From Desulfobacterales bacterium (GTDB taxonomy: Bacteria; Desulfobacterota; Desulfobacteria; Desulfobacterales; DTYH01): 47,880 bases of DNA. The position numbers and the translations under genes are program-made. The stretch's first letter is position 1, and each line of letters opens with the position of its first letter. The stretch spans positions 1 to 47,880 of the forward strand of contig DTYH01000241.1 of the NCBI GenBank assembly GCA_012961955.1. The letters run 5' to 3'. Under the pieces are notes generated by a model. It was not told the DNA's origin, ran no database searches, and was given only the letters and a program-made list of their open reading frames with translations. Below are positions 28,961 to 37,984 of the stretch, piece after piece.

Positions 28961-29713
28961 TCAGGATATTAATCCAAATACAGGCACGCTACCTTGGTAT
29001 CCTTTAAATGCAACCTGGTTAATCTTTTCCATCTCTGAAAGGAGATACGATATCCTGCGTAGTTCAAGCCCTGTACGTTTGCTGATATCCCTCACACAGG
29101 ATGAGCCTTCCTTCAATGCAAGGTAGATCTGGTTCTTCTGGTATTCCCTTTCTAAAACAGAGGTCAAGATACCCTCAAATCGGCTCGCATCCCACTTCCG
29201 ACCATATACGTCGCCTGCGGTAGTCAGTGAGACCTCCTTCCCCACGAGCCAGCGCAACGTTTCGCTGGCCACCGTCATCTCAGCTGCATCGAGCTCCAGT
29301 TTGAAGGCCCGGGCATCAAACCTACCCTGACGCTTTATCGATTCAGTAACATTGTTAACAATTTCAGCAAAACGTTGCCCTTCTGCTGAAGAACACCAGG
29401 CGATATGAAGTCTGTCTCTTCCTATAGAGGCAAGATCCAGAAGCCTTTGGGTAAGACGGATTTTCTTTTCTGCTTGAACATTACCTTCCAGGTAATGGCA
29501 ATCACCGATATGTCACCCTGAAACCAGGACCCCGTCCCAACCGTCCTTTAAGGCCTTTATGACAAACACAGGATCAACGCGTGCAGAGCACATGACCCTC
29601 ACTGACCTCAGGTTTGATGGGTATTGGAGACGAGATACCCCGGCAAGATCCGCTGCTGCGTACGCGCACCAGTTACACAAAAATGCCAATATCTTTGGTT
29701 CAAATTGTTCCAT
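28961..29713 (-). CDS. mvhD: MvhD-like protein with an in-frame TGA (predicted Sec) and a ~110-aa winged-helix-like C-terminal extension
   Basis: Track ORFs 29513..29743 and 28961..29278 are in the same frame. Reading: ...DGWDGVLVSG-TGA(29513-29515)-HIGDCHYLEGNVQAEKK...; the paralog has GCLEGDC there. Start ATG 29713 (MEQFEPKILAFLCNWCAY, AGGGAGG upstream) is preferred over 29743. C-terminus: SCVRDISKRTGLELRRISYLLSEMEKINQVAFKG. Confidence 0.72.
29479..29497 (-). promoter_or_regulatory. Candidate SECIS hairpin for mvhD copy 2
   Basis: The RNA CAUUACC-UGGAA-GGUAAUG forms a perfect 7-bp stem with a 5-nt loop and starts 15 nt after the UGA. Confidence 0.55.
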
Positions 29714-30231
29714 GTTGTCTACAACCTCCCTTTCACCAGCCATCTACACTCATTCCCAGAACTCCAGTTAATCAATCGCAACATTTAAGCGTTCTGAAAC
29801 AAGCCGGTTGCATCAGACTCAAGCTGAACTTACGATGCAGGATATATGATGCATTCGGCGGAAACACATTGCACGTAAACCCCGTGTGAAAAAAGAAGTA
29901 TGTGTCGATTTTGACCCCGTGATTCCGCACGGGGCTTTTCTAGCGGAGTAAATCCAGTTATCCGCGTAACCTTTCATAAGCAAAACCAACCGTAGGGTGG
30001 CATCTTACATCTCACCGAAATTGCGGTGTGGTGCAAACCCCTTACAAATATTATCAAACCATAAGGCTTGTGGCTGCTTACTCTATCCTCGGTTTTGCAC
30101 GTAGCCATGACTATAACCAGATTTGCGGGATGCTGTAATCTTGCATCGTGTATCGTATGTTCAGAATTCGGCTTGTCTTTTGACGGGGCACGGTTTGTTT
30201 CAAGAGGCTGAAGTCTTAAAACCAATCAATC

Positions 30232-33200
30232 TTATATCCCAGCAGATACGGCCGCCAAGATCTGGCGATCCCTGAAATGGAGCATATCGACAGCCCTTTG
30301 TGGACATGAGGCTGCACATAATCCGCATCCCTTGCAGGAAGCCTGAATGTTTTTTGCCCGATACCCCTTGCCCTCTATCTCCTCCATGAGAATACCTCCA
30401 AAACTGCACACTTGTGCACACAGGCCACATCCGATACATCTATCACTGTCTATCTGCGCGACAATAGGAGAAATCTTAATAGAAGGCTTTGAAAGGACAA
30501 CGGAAGCCCTGCTCGCGGCAGCCATCGCTTGAGTAATGCTTTCATCGATCGGTTTAGGATGGTGCGCCAAACCACACACGAATAAGCCGTCATTTGCAAA
30601 ATCTACAGGTCTGAGCTTTGCGTGGGCCTCTACAAAAAACCTATCATCGTCTAAGGGTAGCTTGAAATAACTGGCAAGCTCTTCATGCCCTGATGGTTCA
30701 ATGGCCGTCGCCAGATTCAGGAAATCCGATTTGATCAAAAGATCCCTCTGAAGGACTGGATCAAATACACGAATCTCGAGTCCATCACCTACTTCATTGA
30801 CAATAGGCTTCTTTTCAGGGGTGTATCTAATAAAGATTATTCCCTTCTCCCTTGCTTTCCGGTAAAGGGCTTCTTTCTCCCCATATGTCCTAATATCCCG
30901 ATATAATATAAAAATCTCCATATCGGGCTTTTGTTCTTTTAGATGAATGGCCTGCGTAATAGATGTCGTGCAACAGAGCCTTGAGCAGTAAGGTCTACGT
31001 TCGTCCCTTGATCCCACACACAGGATAAAAGCAACAGCTTTAGCATTCCTGATCTTGTCCGGATCTTGCTCAAGTTCATGCCATCGCGTCACCCTCGGAT
31101 TCTTGCCATAAAGGTACTCATCTGTGCTTGAAGCCCGTGCACCGGTAGCTATAATCCCCACTCCATGCTTGATAATCCTGGCCTCTCCTTTGTGAAGGAC
31201 TTCTGTTTCAAAGTTGCCGATAAAACCCGAAGAACCTGTCACCTCTGCGTTCAACAGGACTTCCATTCGAGGATGGCTCTCCACCCTGTTCACCAAGTCA
31301 GATAGATACTTGTTAACATCCTTCCCACCCCATGTCTCTTTGATGTCTCTTGCATTTCCTCCCAATACGGACGATTTTTCGACAATAGTTGTGGGAAAAC
31401 CCTGGTCAGCAAGGCTCAAGGCCGCATTCATACCAGCAACACCCCCTCCAATAACAAGCGCAGATCTCTCAATCTCCACCACTACATCTGGAATAGGCTC
31501 TAACAAAGATGCCTTTGCAATAGCCATCCTCACAAGGTCTTTGGCCTTTTCTGTGGCTGTCTCTTTACTATCGGAATGGACCCACGTGCATTGATTCCGG
31601 ATATTGGCCATTTCGAATAGATGCTGGTTCAATCCAGCCTTCCGTATGGTTTCCTGAAATAGAGCTTCATGTGTCTTTGGTGAACACGCCGCAACCACAA
31701 GGCGGTTCAGAGCGTGTTCTCTGATCACCTCAACCATCTTCTCCTGTGTGTCCTGGCTGCAGGTAAAAAGATTCTCTTCAACGTAGACCACATTGGGCAG
31801 GGTTTTTGCGTATTCCGCTATGGCAGGAACATCTGCAAACCCGCCAATATTTACTCCACAGTTGCACACAAATACGCCTATACGTGGCCCTTCATCGGTC
31901 ACATCATTTTCTTTAGGAAATACATGTTCCTTAATTAGTTGCCCTCGGGACGGAGCCAAGCTGGTAGCTGATGCGCACGCCGCTGCACTTGCCTCCATAA
32001 CACACTGAGGAATGTCCTTGCATCCCTGAAGCAGCCCGGCAACATAGATGCCTGGCCTGGAAGTCGCAACGGGCAAGAAATCCTCTGTATCCACAAAGTT
32101 GTACTGGTTAAGCCGAATACCCAGATTTTTGGCTAGGTCTACGGCAGGTTTCGCGGGTTCCATACCGACTGACAGGACGACCATATCAAACTCTTCTTCA
32201 ACCACCTTCCCGGATTCCTCCAAATAGTACTCGATTTTGAGTGTACCGGTCTCATCTGCTTGCGTAATAGTGTGTACTCTCGAACGGATAAAGCGAACCC
32301 CTTCAGATTTGGCCCTTTCAAGATATCTTTCAAACCCCTTTCCGTATGTTCGTATATCCATATAGAAGATAGCGCCCACGAAATCGTCCCCGATATGTTC
32401 CTTTGCAACCATGGCCTCCTTGATCGCATACATGCAACAGACCGATGAGCAGTACTCGTTGTCGCACCGGTTGACGTCGCGGGAACCAACACATTGAAGC
32501 CATGCGATCCTTCTCGCCTTTCTCTGGTCAGAAAGACGGACCACATCTCCGGCATAAGGGCCCCCGGCTGAAAGGATCCGTTCAAACTCTATGCTGCTCA
32601 CCACATTGGGAAGTGTGGAATATTGGTAATTATCGAACCGGGAAGGATCAAACGGTCGAAAACCGCCTGTCAAGATGATAGACCCGACCTCGATCTTTAC
32701 GATCTCTTCCTTCTCATCGAAATTGATTGCCCCGGCAGGGCAGAACTTTTCACAGGCCTTACACCTGCCGCCTTTCTTGAAGTATATGCATCTGCCTGGG
32801 TCAAGAACATATTTGAAAGGCACAGCCTGAGCGTATGGTAAATAGGCAGCCTTCCTAGTTGCGAGACCCTGGTTGAATTCGTCAACAGCCTTCGCAGGAC
32901 ACTTTTCAGCACATATCCCACAGGCAATACATTTTTCCATATCCACATAGCGAGGGGATCTCCTCAGGGTGACATCAAAACGACCCTCCTCTCCATCAAT
33001 GCTGCTTACTTCTGAAAGAGTAAGGAGTTCAATATTTATATGCCGGCCGACCTCGACCAGCTTTGGCGAAAGAATTCACATAGCACAGTCATTGGTCGGA
33101 AAGGTCTTATCTAGCTGGGCCATGACTCCGCCAACCGCGGGAGATTTTTCCACAAGATAAACATAGTAGCCCGACTCAGCCAGATCTAATGCCGATTGGA

Positions 33201-33267
33201 GCCCGGTGATACCACCTCCCACAACCATGACTGACCCTATCAGGTCATTAGATTCTCTCTTGGTCAT
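30232..33267 (-). CDS. hdrA: Large tandem-module HdrA-like flavoprotein, paralog 2 (1011 codons), with an in-frame TGA (predicted Sec)
   Basis: Track ORFs 33076..33267 and 30232..32946 are in the same frame with TGA 33076-33078 as the only stop between them. Reading: [21 protein letters not shown], the same position as in paralog 1. Same domain order as paralog 1. Confidence 0.82.
33043..33060 (-). promoter_or_regulatory. Candidate SECIS hairpin for hdrA copy 2
   Basis: Identical CUGGUCGAGGUCGGCCGG element at the same 15-nt offset from the UGA as in copy 1. Confidence 0.6.
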
Positions 33268-33282
33268 TCTCCATATTCCTCT

Positions 33283-34158
33283 CTACAGGTTTGCTGCGTT
33301 AAGAACCTGTGGGAGCTTATCCTCCCACCCTACGGTTGAGATCATAACTCCTGCCATTCCCATATCTTTCAACTGGTTAATGAGTTCCCCTGCTATTTGA
33401 ATACAATGCTTTAACCTGTCCGGTGCTTTCTGAATCCCCCTTATCATCTCGGAGGGGATGGAGATGTTCTTGATGTTTCGATCGATGTAGCGTGCCATTC
33501 CAACAGACTTTAGAAGGAGAACAGTCGGGATCACAGCAACTTGGCTTGTATCTATTCGTTTAATGAACTGCTGGAATTGGTGAAGGTCAAAGACTGGGGT
33601 AGTAACGACAAATTCCACCCCAGCCTCTATCATCTTTTGAAGGTTCTCTATCTCCGTGTCTAGGCCACTGCCGACCGCGCCCGCGTTAATAGTCGAACCG
33701 ATAAAGAACTCTGGTGCACTTGAAAGCTCTATCCCTGCCATATCCCTGCCCCTTTGAAGCTTTTGAATCGTCTCCACTAGTTGTATCAGGTCTAAATCGT
33801 ATACAGCCTTTGCCTGGGGATGATCACCATATCGGATATCTTCGCCCGAGACGGCCATGATATTAGGTATTCCTAAAGCAGCCGCAGCAAGGACGTCTCC
33901 CTGTAGGGCCAACCTGTTTCGATCCCGACAACATACCTGAAAAACCGTCTCAAAACCGTTCATTTGAAGAAAGACACATCCGCCGAGAGAACTTGCCTTC
34001 ATTACGGAGTTGGCCATTTCAGGTATCACAAGCGCATCTAAGCGACCCTTTACCTGGTTGGCATTCTTCAAAAGACGAGAGAAGTCAGCACCTTTAGGCG
34101 TTTCAAATTCACCCAGCACGATATGTTCACCAGATTCTATCTTTTCCTTTAGCGGCAT
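33283..34158 (-). CDS. Divergent MetF-like (MTHFR family) protein, no adjacent MetV
   Basis: 291-aa ORF, collinear with MTHFR motifs (QVCCRDRNRLALQGDVLAAAALGI, AVSGED, FFIGSTIN, TPVFD). 15 nt upstream of hdrA paralog 2. Confidence 0.7.
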   Translation of the reverse strand: MPLKEKIESGEHIVLGEFETPKGADFSRLLKNANQVKGRLDALVIPEMANSVMKASSLGGCVFLQMNGFETVFQVCCRDRNRLALQGDVLAAAALGIPNIMAVSGEDIRYGDHPQAKAVYDLDLIQLVETIQKLQRGRDMAGIELSSAPEFFIGSTINAGAVGSGLDTEIENLQKMIEAGVEFVVTTPVFDLHQFQQFIKRIDTSQVAVIPTVLLLKSVGMARYIDRNIKNISIPSEMIRGIQKAPDRLKHCIQIAGELINQLKDMGMAGVMISTVGWEDKLPQVLNAANL

Positions 34159-34159
34159 A

Positions 34160-34549
34160 TTACAAACCTCCGAGTTTGTGGGCTAATTTATTGATAGCGT
34201 TGGAGATAGCCATTTCAAGGTCCTCAATTCCAAAGGACTTTACGTGATAGTAGAATATCCTCTGCTGGCGAATCCTGCTTTCGAGTTCTGGCGTATTGAC
34301 TTCAGCACAGATAATGATCGGGAGGTCCCTCACCATACCTTTGATAACAGAAATAAATCCGCAATCCTTCTCCAAAAGTGCAGCATCCAAGACCAGGACG
34401 TCTATACTCTGGCTCTGGAGGGTCAAGAGAGTCTCTTTTAAGGTTCCCGCAAGCATAACCCTGTAGCCCCTTTTGGTCAAAAATGAATGGAGTTCAGACG
34501 AAATCGCCTCCACTGGTTCAGCAAAAAGGACTGTCCTCTCTTTTTTCAT
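34160..34549 (-). CDS. Receiver-like (atypical REC) single-domain protein
   Basis: 129-aa ORF with a CheY-like beta-alpha pattern. It keeps VLVLDAAL and a late Lys (HVKSF) but lacks the N-terminal acidic pair (VLFAEPVE). Its stop is 1 nt from the metF-like start. Confidence 0.6.
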   Translation of the reverse strand: MKKERTVLFAEPVEAISSELHSFLTKRGYRVMLAGTLKETLLTLQSQSIDVLVLDAALLEKDCGFISVIKGMVRDLPIIICAEVNTPELESRIRQQRIFYYHVKSFGIEDLEMAISNAINKLAHKLGGL

Positions 34550-34569
34550 AAAGCAAGCCCTTTGATCGT

Positions 34570-34699
34570 AACTGTTCAGGGGGTAAAGCTTTTCTTAAAG
34601 CGACTTGGCGGAAGCCTTTGTTTTTCCATGAGTCGAGAGTAGGGGAAACCAGAACCACCACGGTTCACCCCGCTAGAAAAACCTCACCTCGTGAACAGT
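34570..34699. repeat. Dispersed repeat family C, copy C2 (inside the predicted 5' UTR of the cluster)
   Basis: Left end aactgttcagggggtaaagcttttc, right end gaaaaacctcacctcgtgaacag (inverted). Internal gcgacttggcgga and cctttgtttttcca are shared with C3 and C1. Confidence 0.75.
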
Positions 34700-34751
34700 G
34701 ACCTATGATCTTGTGATATCAGATATGGACTCGAATCTGTTCTCTTTTAGA

Positions 34752-34766
34752 GCAATGTTGGTGCCT
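34752..34766 (-). promoter_or_regulatory. Sigma54 (-24/-12) promoter
   Basis: The minus strand reads AGGCAC-CAACA-TTGCT against consensus TGGCAC-N5-TTGCW, with exact GG-N10-GC spacing. It lies ~200 nt upstream of ATG 34549 and downstream of an NtrC-type activator gene. Confidence 0.6.
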
Positions 34767-34843
34767 AATCTAAAAAAATAGTTAGACGAGATATTTCAAA
34801 TGGTTATGTTGTGTGGTTAATCAAGGGAGAATTTAGGACATGA

Positions 34844-34944
34844 GTAATTTTGTAACACATATGACGATTAAGTCTGTATAACATTGTGATTATACAGGAC
34901 TTTTTTCAGTTGCGAGGATAGCTCGCTTGATGTTACAAAATTAC
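34844..34944. promoter_or_regulatory. Candidate enhancer (UAS) palindromes upstream of the sigma54 promoter
   Basis: Perfect 14-nt inverted repeat GTAATTTTGTAACA (34844-34857) / TGTTACAAAATTAC (34931-34944), enclosing CTGTATAA-N8-TTATACAG (34874-34897). Located 80-190 nt upstream of the -24 element. Confidence 0.35.
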
Positions 34945-34976
34945 ACGTCCATCATCCAGAAAGAAGCGGGAGACAT

Positions 34977-35002
34977 AACTGTTCACGGGGGTGAAGCTTT
35001 TC
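34977..35002. repeat. Solo family-C terminal repeat
   Basis: aactgttcacgggggtgaagcttttc with no matching right end nearby. Confidence 0.6.
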
Positions 35003-35040
35003 AACAGGTCCTGAAGGGTTCTTAGAAGGTTGGAACTCGG

Positions 35041-36402
35041 TCAAGAAAGGTTATACCTCTTTATTTTCAGCCCTAATGTCTTGCGATTTATACCGAGTAT
35101 CTTTGCAGCCAGAGTCTTCTTCCCTCTGGTTCTCTGCAACACAAATCGGATATACTTCTTCTCCAGTTCTTCCAGGCTGAGAAGCTCTTCGGAAAATATC
35201 TGAAACTCTCCCTGCCTCTGCGAGATATACGCAGGCAGATTGCTAGCGCGTATTACGTCCGTATCTTCCAGGACAAGAATGCGCTCTATGATATGTTTGA
35301 GTTCTCTCACATTTCCCGGCCAAGCGTACTCTTTCAGTATCTCAATAGCCTCGGGTGAGACCTCAGGGATGGGCTTTTTTATCTTCTGACTGAATTGGTT
35401 AAGAAAGTGGTCTATAAGGAGGGGGATATCCTCCTTTCTTTCCCTTAGGGGAGGAAGATGAATGGGTACCACACTGAGACGATAATAGAGGTCTTCTCTG
35501 AAGGTTCCAGCTTTAATCGAATCATGGAGATCCTTATTGGAAGCAGATATGATCCTTATATCCAGTTTGATCTTCTTCTGATCTCCTACCTTCATGAATT
35601 CCCTTTCCTGGATCACCCGTAGAAGTTTTGCCTGAGTTGTCAGACTTAAGTTGGAAATTTCATCGAAGAAAAAGGTTCCATGATTAGCCAGCTCAAAAAG
35701 ACCGTGTTTTGTGTGTATCGCTCCAGTAAATGAACCCTTAACATGACCAAAAAGTTCACTCTCTAGGAGTGTCTCAACAAGGGACGAACAGTCCACCGCC
35801 ACAAATTCCTTATGACTCCGATTACTGTTTACATGAATTGCTCTGGCTACCAATTCCTTCCCTGTTCCGCTCTCTCCTGTAATAAGTACAGTGCTGTCCG
35901 TAGGTGCTACCCTGAGTATCTTATCGAATATCTCCTTCATGGGAGGGCTCTGGCCGACGATCAGGTGTTTGCTCGATTCAATCTTGAGCCCAAATTTATT
36001 TACTATAGACTTTTTGGATACCGTATCAGTCGGTTTAATCTTATTTATAGCGACCTCCAGATCATCGATCCGAAATGGTTTGACCAGATAATCCAAAGCT
36101 CCGAGTTTAATACATTGAACGGCCGTATCTATGGTTGGGTAACCGGTAATCATGATGACCCTTGTATCAGGATGTTTAACCCGTATCTCCTTCAACACCT
36201 GTATACCGTCCATATCCTCCATGCGAATATCAAGGAGGACAAGATCAAATCTGCTGTGCGCTAAAAGACTAAGGGCCTCACTACCATTTGCAGCCAGGAC
36301 AGAACTGATCCCTCTATTTCTGAGAATTCTATCGATTCCGTTACGGACAACAGGCTCGTCGTCTACAACCAGCACTCGATTTATATTGTTAAAAGAGTTC
36401 AT
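35041..36402 (-). CDS. Sigma54-dependent response regulator (NtrC family: REC-AAA+-Fis HTH)
   Basis: Track ORF 35041..36453; ATG 36402 (MNSFNNINRVLVVDDEP) is the likelier start. Walker A GESGTGKE, GAFTGA-type loop (GSFTGA), C-terminal HTH (KTLAAKILGINRKTLGLKIKRY). Confidence 0.9.
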   Translation of the reverse strand: MNSFNNINRVLVVDDEPVVRNGIDRILRNRGISSVLAANGSEALSLLAHSRFDLVLLDIRMEDMDGIQVLKEIRVKHPDTRVIMITGYPTIDTAVQCIKLGALDYLVKPFRIDDLEVAINKIKPTDTVSKKSIVNKFGLKIESSKHLIVGQSPPMKEIFDKILRVAPTDSTVLITGESGTGKELVARAIHVNSNRSHKEFVAVDCSSLVETLLESELFGHVKGSFTGAIHTKHGLFELANHGTFFFDEISNLSLTTQAKLLRVIQEREFMKVGDQKKIKLDIRIISASNKDLHDSIKAGTFREDLYYRLSVVPIHLPPLRERKEDIPLLIDHFLNQFSQKIKKPIPEVSPEAIEILKEYAWPGNVRELKHIIERILVLEDTDVIRASNLPAYISQRQGEFQIFSEELLSLEELEKKYIRFVLQRTRGKKTLAAKILGINRKTLGLKIKRYNLS

Positions 36403-36490
36403 AACAAAAGAACCCCTACCAAAGAATAGTAACATTTTTGCGTTTTTAAACAACGTAACAGCCGCATTAAACTCAAGCTGAATGCGCGAT

Positions 36491-37984
36491 TCACGATACG
36501 TGAACCGTCACCCCTTCTTTTATGACCGGCAACAGTATTCTGAACGTCGTACCTTCATTGGGAACACTTTCCACATCGATAGTGCCACGATGTGCTTCAA
36601 CAATGCCCTTTACTATTGCAAGACCCAGACCCGTGCCAACAACCTGCCGTGTTTTTGGATGCTTCACCCTATAAAACTTATCAAAAATTTTTGGTAGCTC
36701 CTCTGGTTCGATCCCCACGCCGGTATCCGAAACCTTTATCTCCATGTACTCACCAAGCCCCCTGGCACTCACATTCACTAGACCTCCATCAGGGGAATAA
36801 TTGATAGCGTTGATAATCAAGTTGTTGAAGATCTCTTGTACGTTTTTGGGATCGCCCTGCACCGGCTTCATGTTTTCGCATGAATACGAGAGAGTTATAC
36901 CCTTTTCTTTTGCTATCGGTTCCATCGTGCTCACTACATCCCGTATGATCTCTTCCACATCTATGGGAACCTGGTGCTGGACATACCTCCCCTCCTCAAT
37001 TCTGGCCACGTCAAGGAGGTCATTTATTAATCTAATGAGTTGATCTATCTTCCTTAATCCCCTGCTTATGAAATCCCGCTGCTTTTCCTGTAACGGGCCT
37101 GTCAATCCTTCTAAAATAACGGTGTTCAACTGTCTGAGAGAAATAAGCGGGCTCCGCAGTTCATGAGCTACCATATTGACAAAATCCGATTTCATCTGGT
37201 CCAGTTGTTTGAAGGCGGTGATATTATCAAAGACTGTCACTGTTCCCACCACACTATTGTCAGGACTGAGTACTGGTGCTGACATGATCCGCAGCACATT
37301 CTTGCCAACACTTATCTCCTGAGAGATGGACTCTCTTTCAGAGCATTGGCCGGACAGAATATTCTTGAGAGTTGTCAAGAGGGCCTCATCATTAATGATA
37401 GAGGTTAAGGCCACGGGGTTTTCTATATCTCCAGGCACTTCCAGCAATCTCATCAATGCAGGATTGTGGAGTACTACCTCTAGATTACGGTTGGTTACCA
37501 TTACACCATTGGCCATACAGTTAATTATGGTCTTTAGTCGACTCTTCTCCATATGCAGGTCATAAAGGTTTCGTATATTTTTCTCTTGAAACGATCTAGC
37601 TTTTTGTTCGAGCCTCCTCTTTTCAGAGGCCCTGTTCACCGTCAAGAGAAACTGGTCGACCTGGAAAGGCTTAGTAATGAAATCATAAGCACCTTTCTTC
37701 ATGCACTCCACGGCCGTGTCAACGGTTCCATGGCCAGTAATAATAATGACAGGTATGTCTGGATATTGGTCACGGGCCTTTTCAAGAACCTCTTCTCCAC
37801 TCATGACAGGCATTTTCAGATCGAGAAGGATGATATCCACCTCTTCCCTTTTGAGGATATCCATGGCCTCCTGTCCATTTTCTGCAGACACGACCCCATA
37901 GCCTTTTCCGGTTAACACCCGCTGGCACCCTTCCCTGACAATCTTCTCGTCGTCTACCACTAAAACTTTGATTTCTTCGTTCAT
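36491..37984 (-). CDS. Hybrid REC-PAS-histidine kinase
   Basis: 497-aa ORF. N-terminal receiver (VLVVDDEK, ILLDLKMP), PAS, H-box HELRSPL, HATPase_c (GTGLGLAIVKG). ATGA overlap with the upstream kinase gene. Confidence 0.88.
   Translation of the reverse strand: MNEEIKVLVVDDEKIVREGCQRVLTGKGYGVVSAENGQEAMDILKREEVDIILLDLKMPVMSGEEVLEKARDQYPDIPVIIITGHGTVDTAVECMKKGAYDFITKPFQVDQFLLTVNRASEKRRLEQKARSFQEKNIRNLYDLHMEKSRLKTIINCMANGVMVTNRNLEVVLHNPALMRLLEVPGDIENPVALTSIINDEALLTTLKNILSGQCSERESISQEISVGKNVLRIMSAPVLSPDNSVVGTVTVFDNITAFKQLDQMKSDFVNMVAHELRSPLISLRQLNTVILEGLTGPLQEKQRDFISRGLRKIDQLIRLINDLLDVARIEEGRYVQHQVPIDVEEIIRDVVSTMEPIAKEKGITLSYSCENMKPVQGDPKNVQEIFNNLIINAINYSPDGGLVNVSARGLGEYMEIKVSDTGVGIEPEELPKIFDKFYRVKHPKTRQVVGTGLGLAIVKGIVEAHRGTIDVESVPNEGTTFRILLPVIKEGVTVHVS

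Noticed and set aside
29974-30225. An 83-aa minus-strand ORF in the hdrA2-mvhD2 gap, and the 79-aa ORF 30200..30439.
   Set aside because: There is no RBS and no domain similarity, the second overlaps the hdrA 3' end, and the composition does not look coding.
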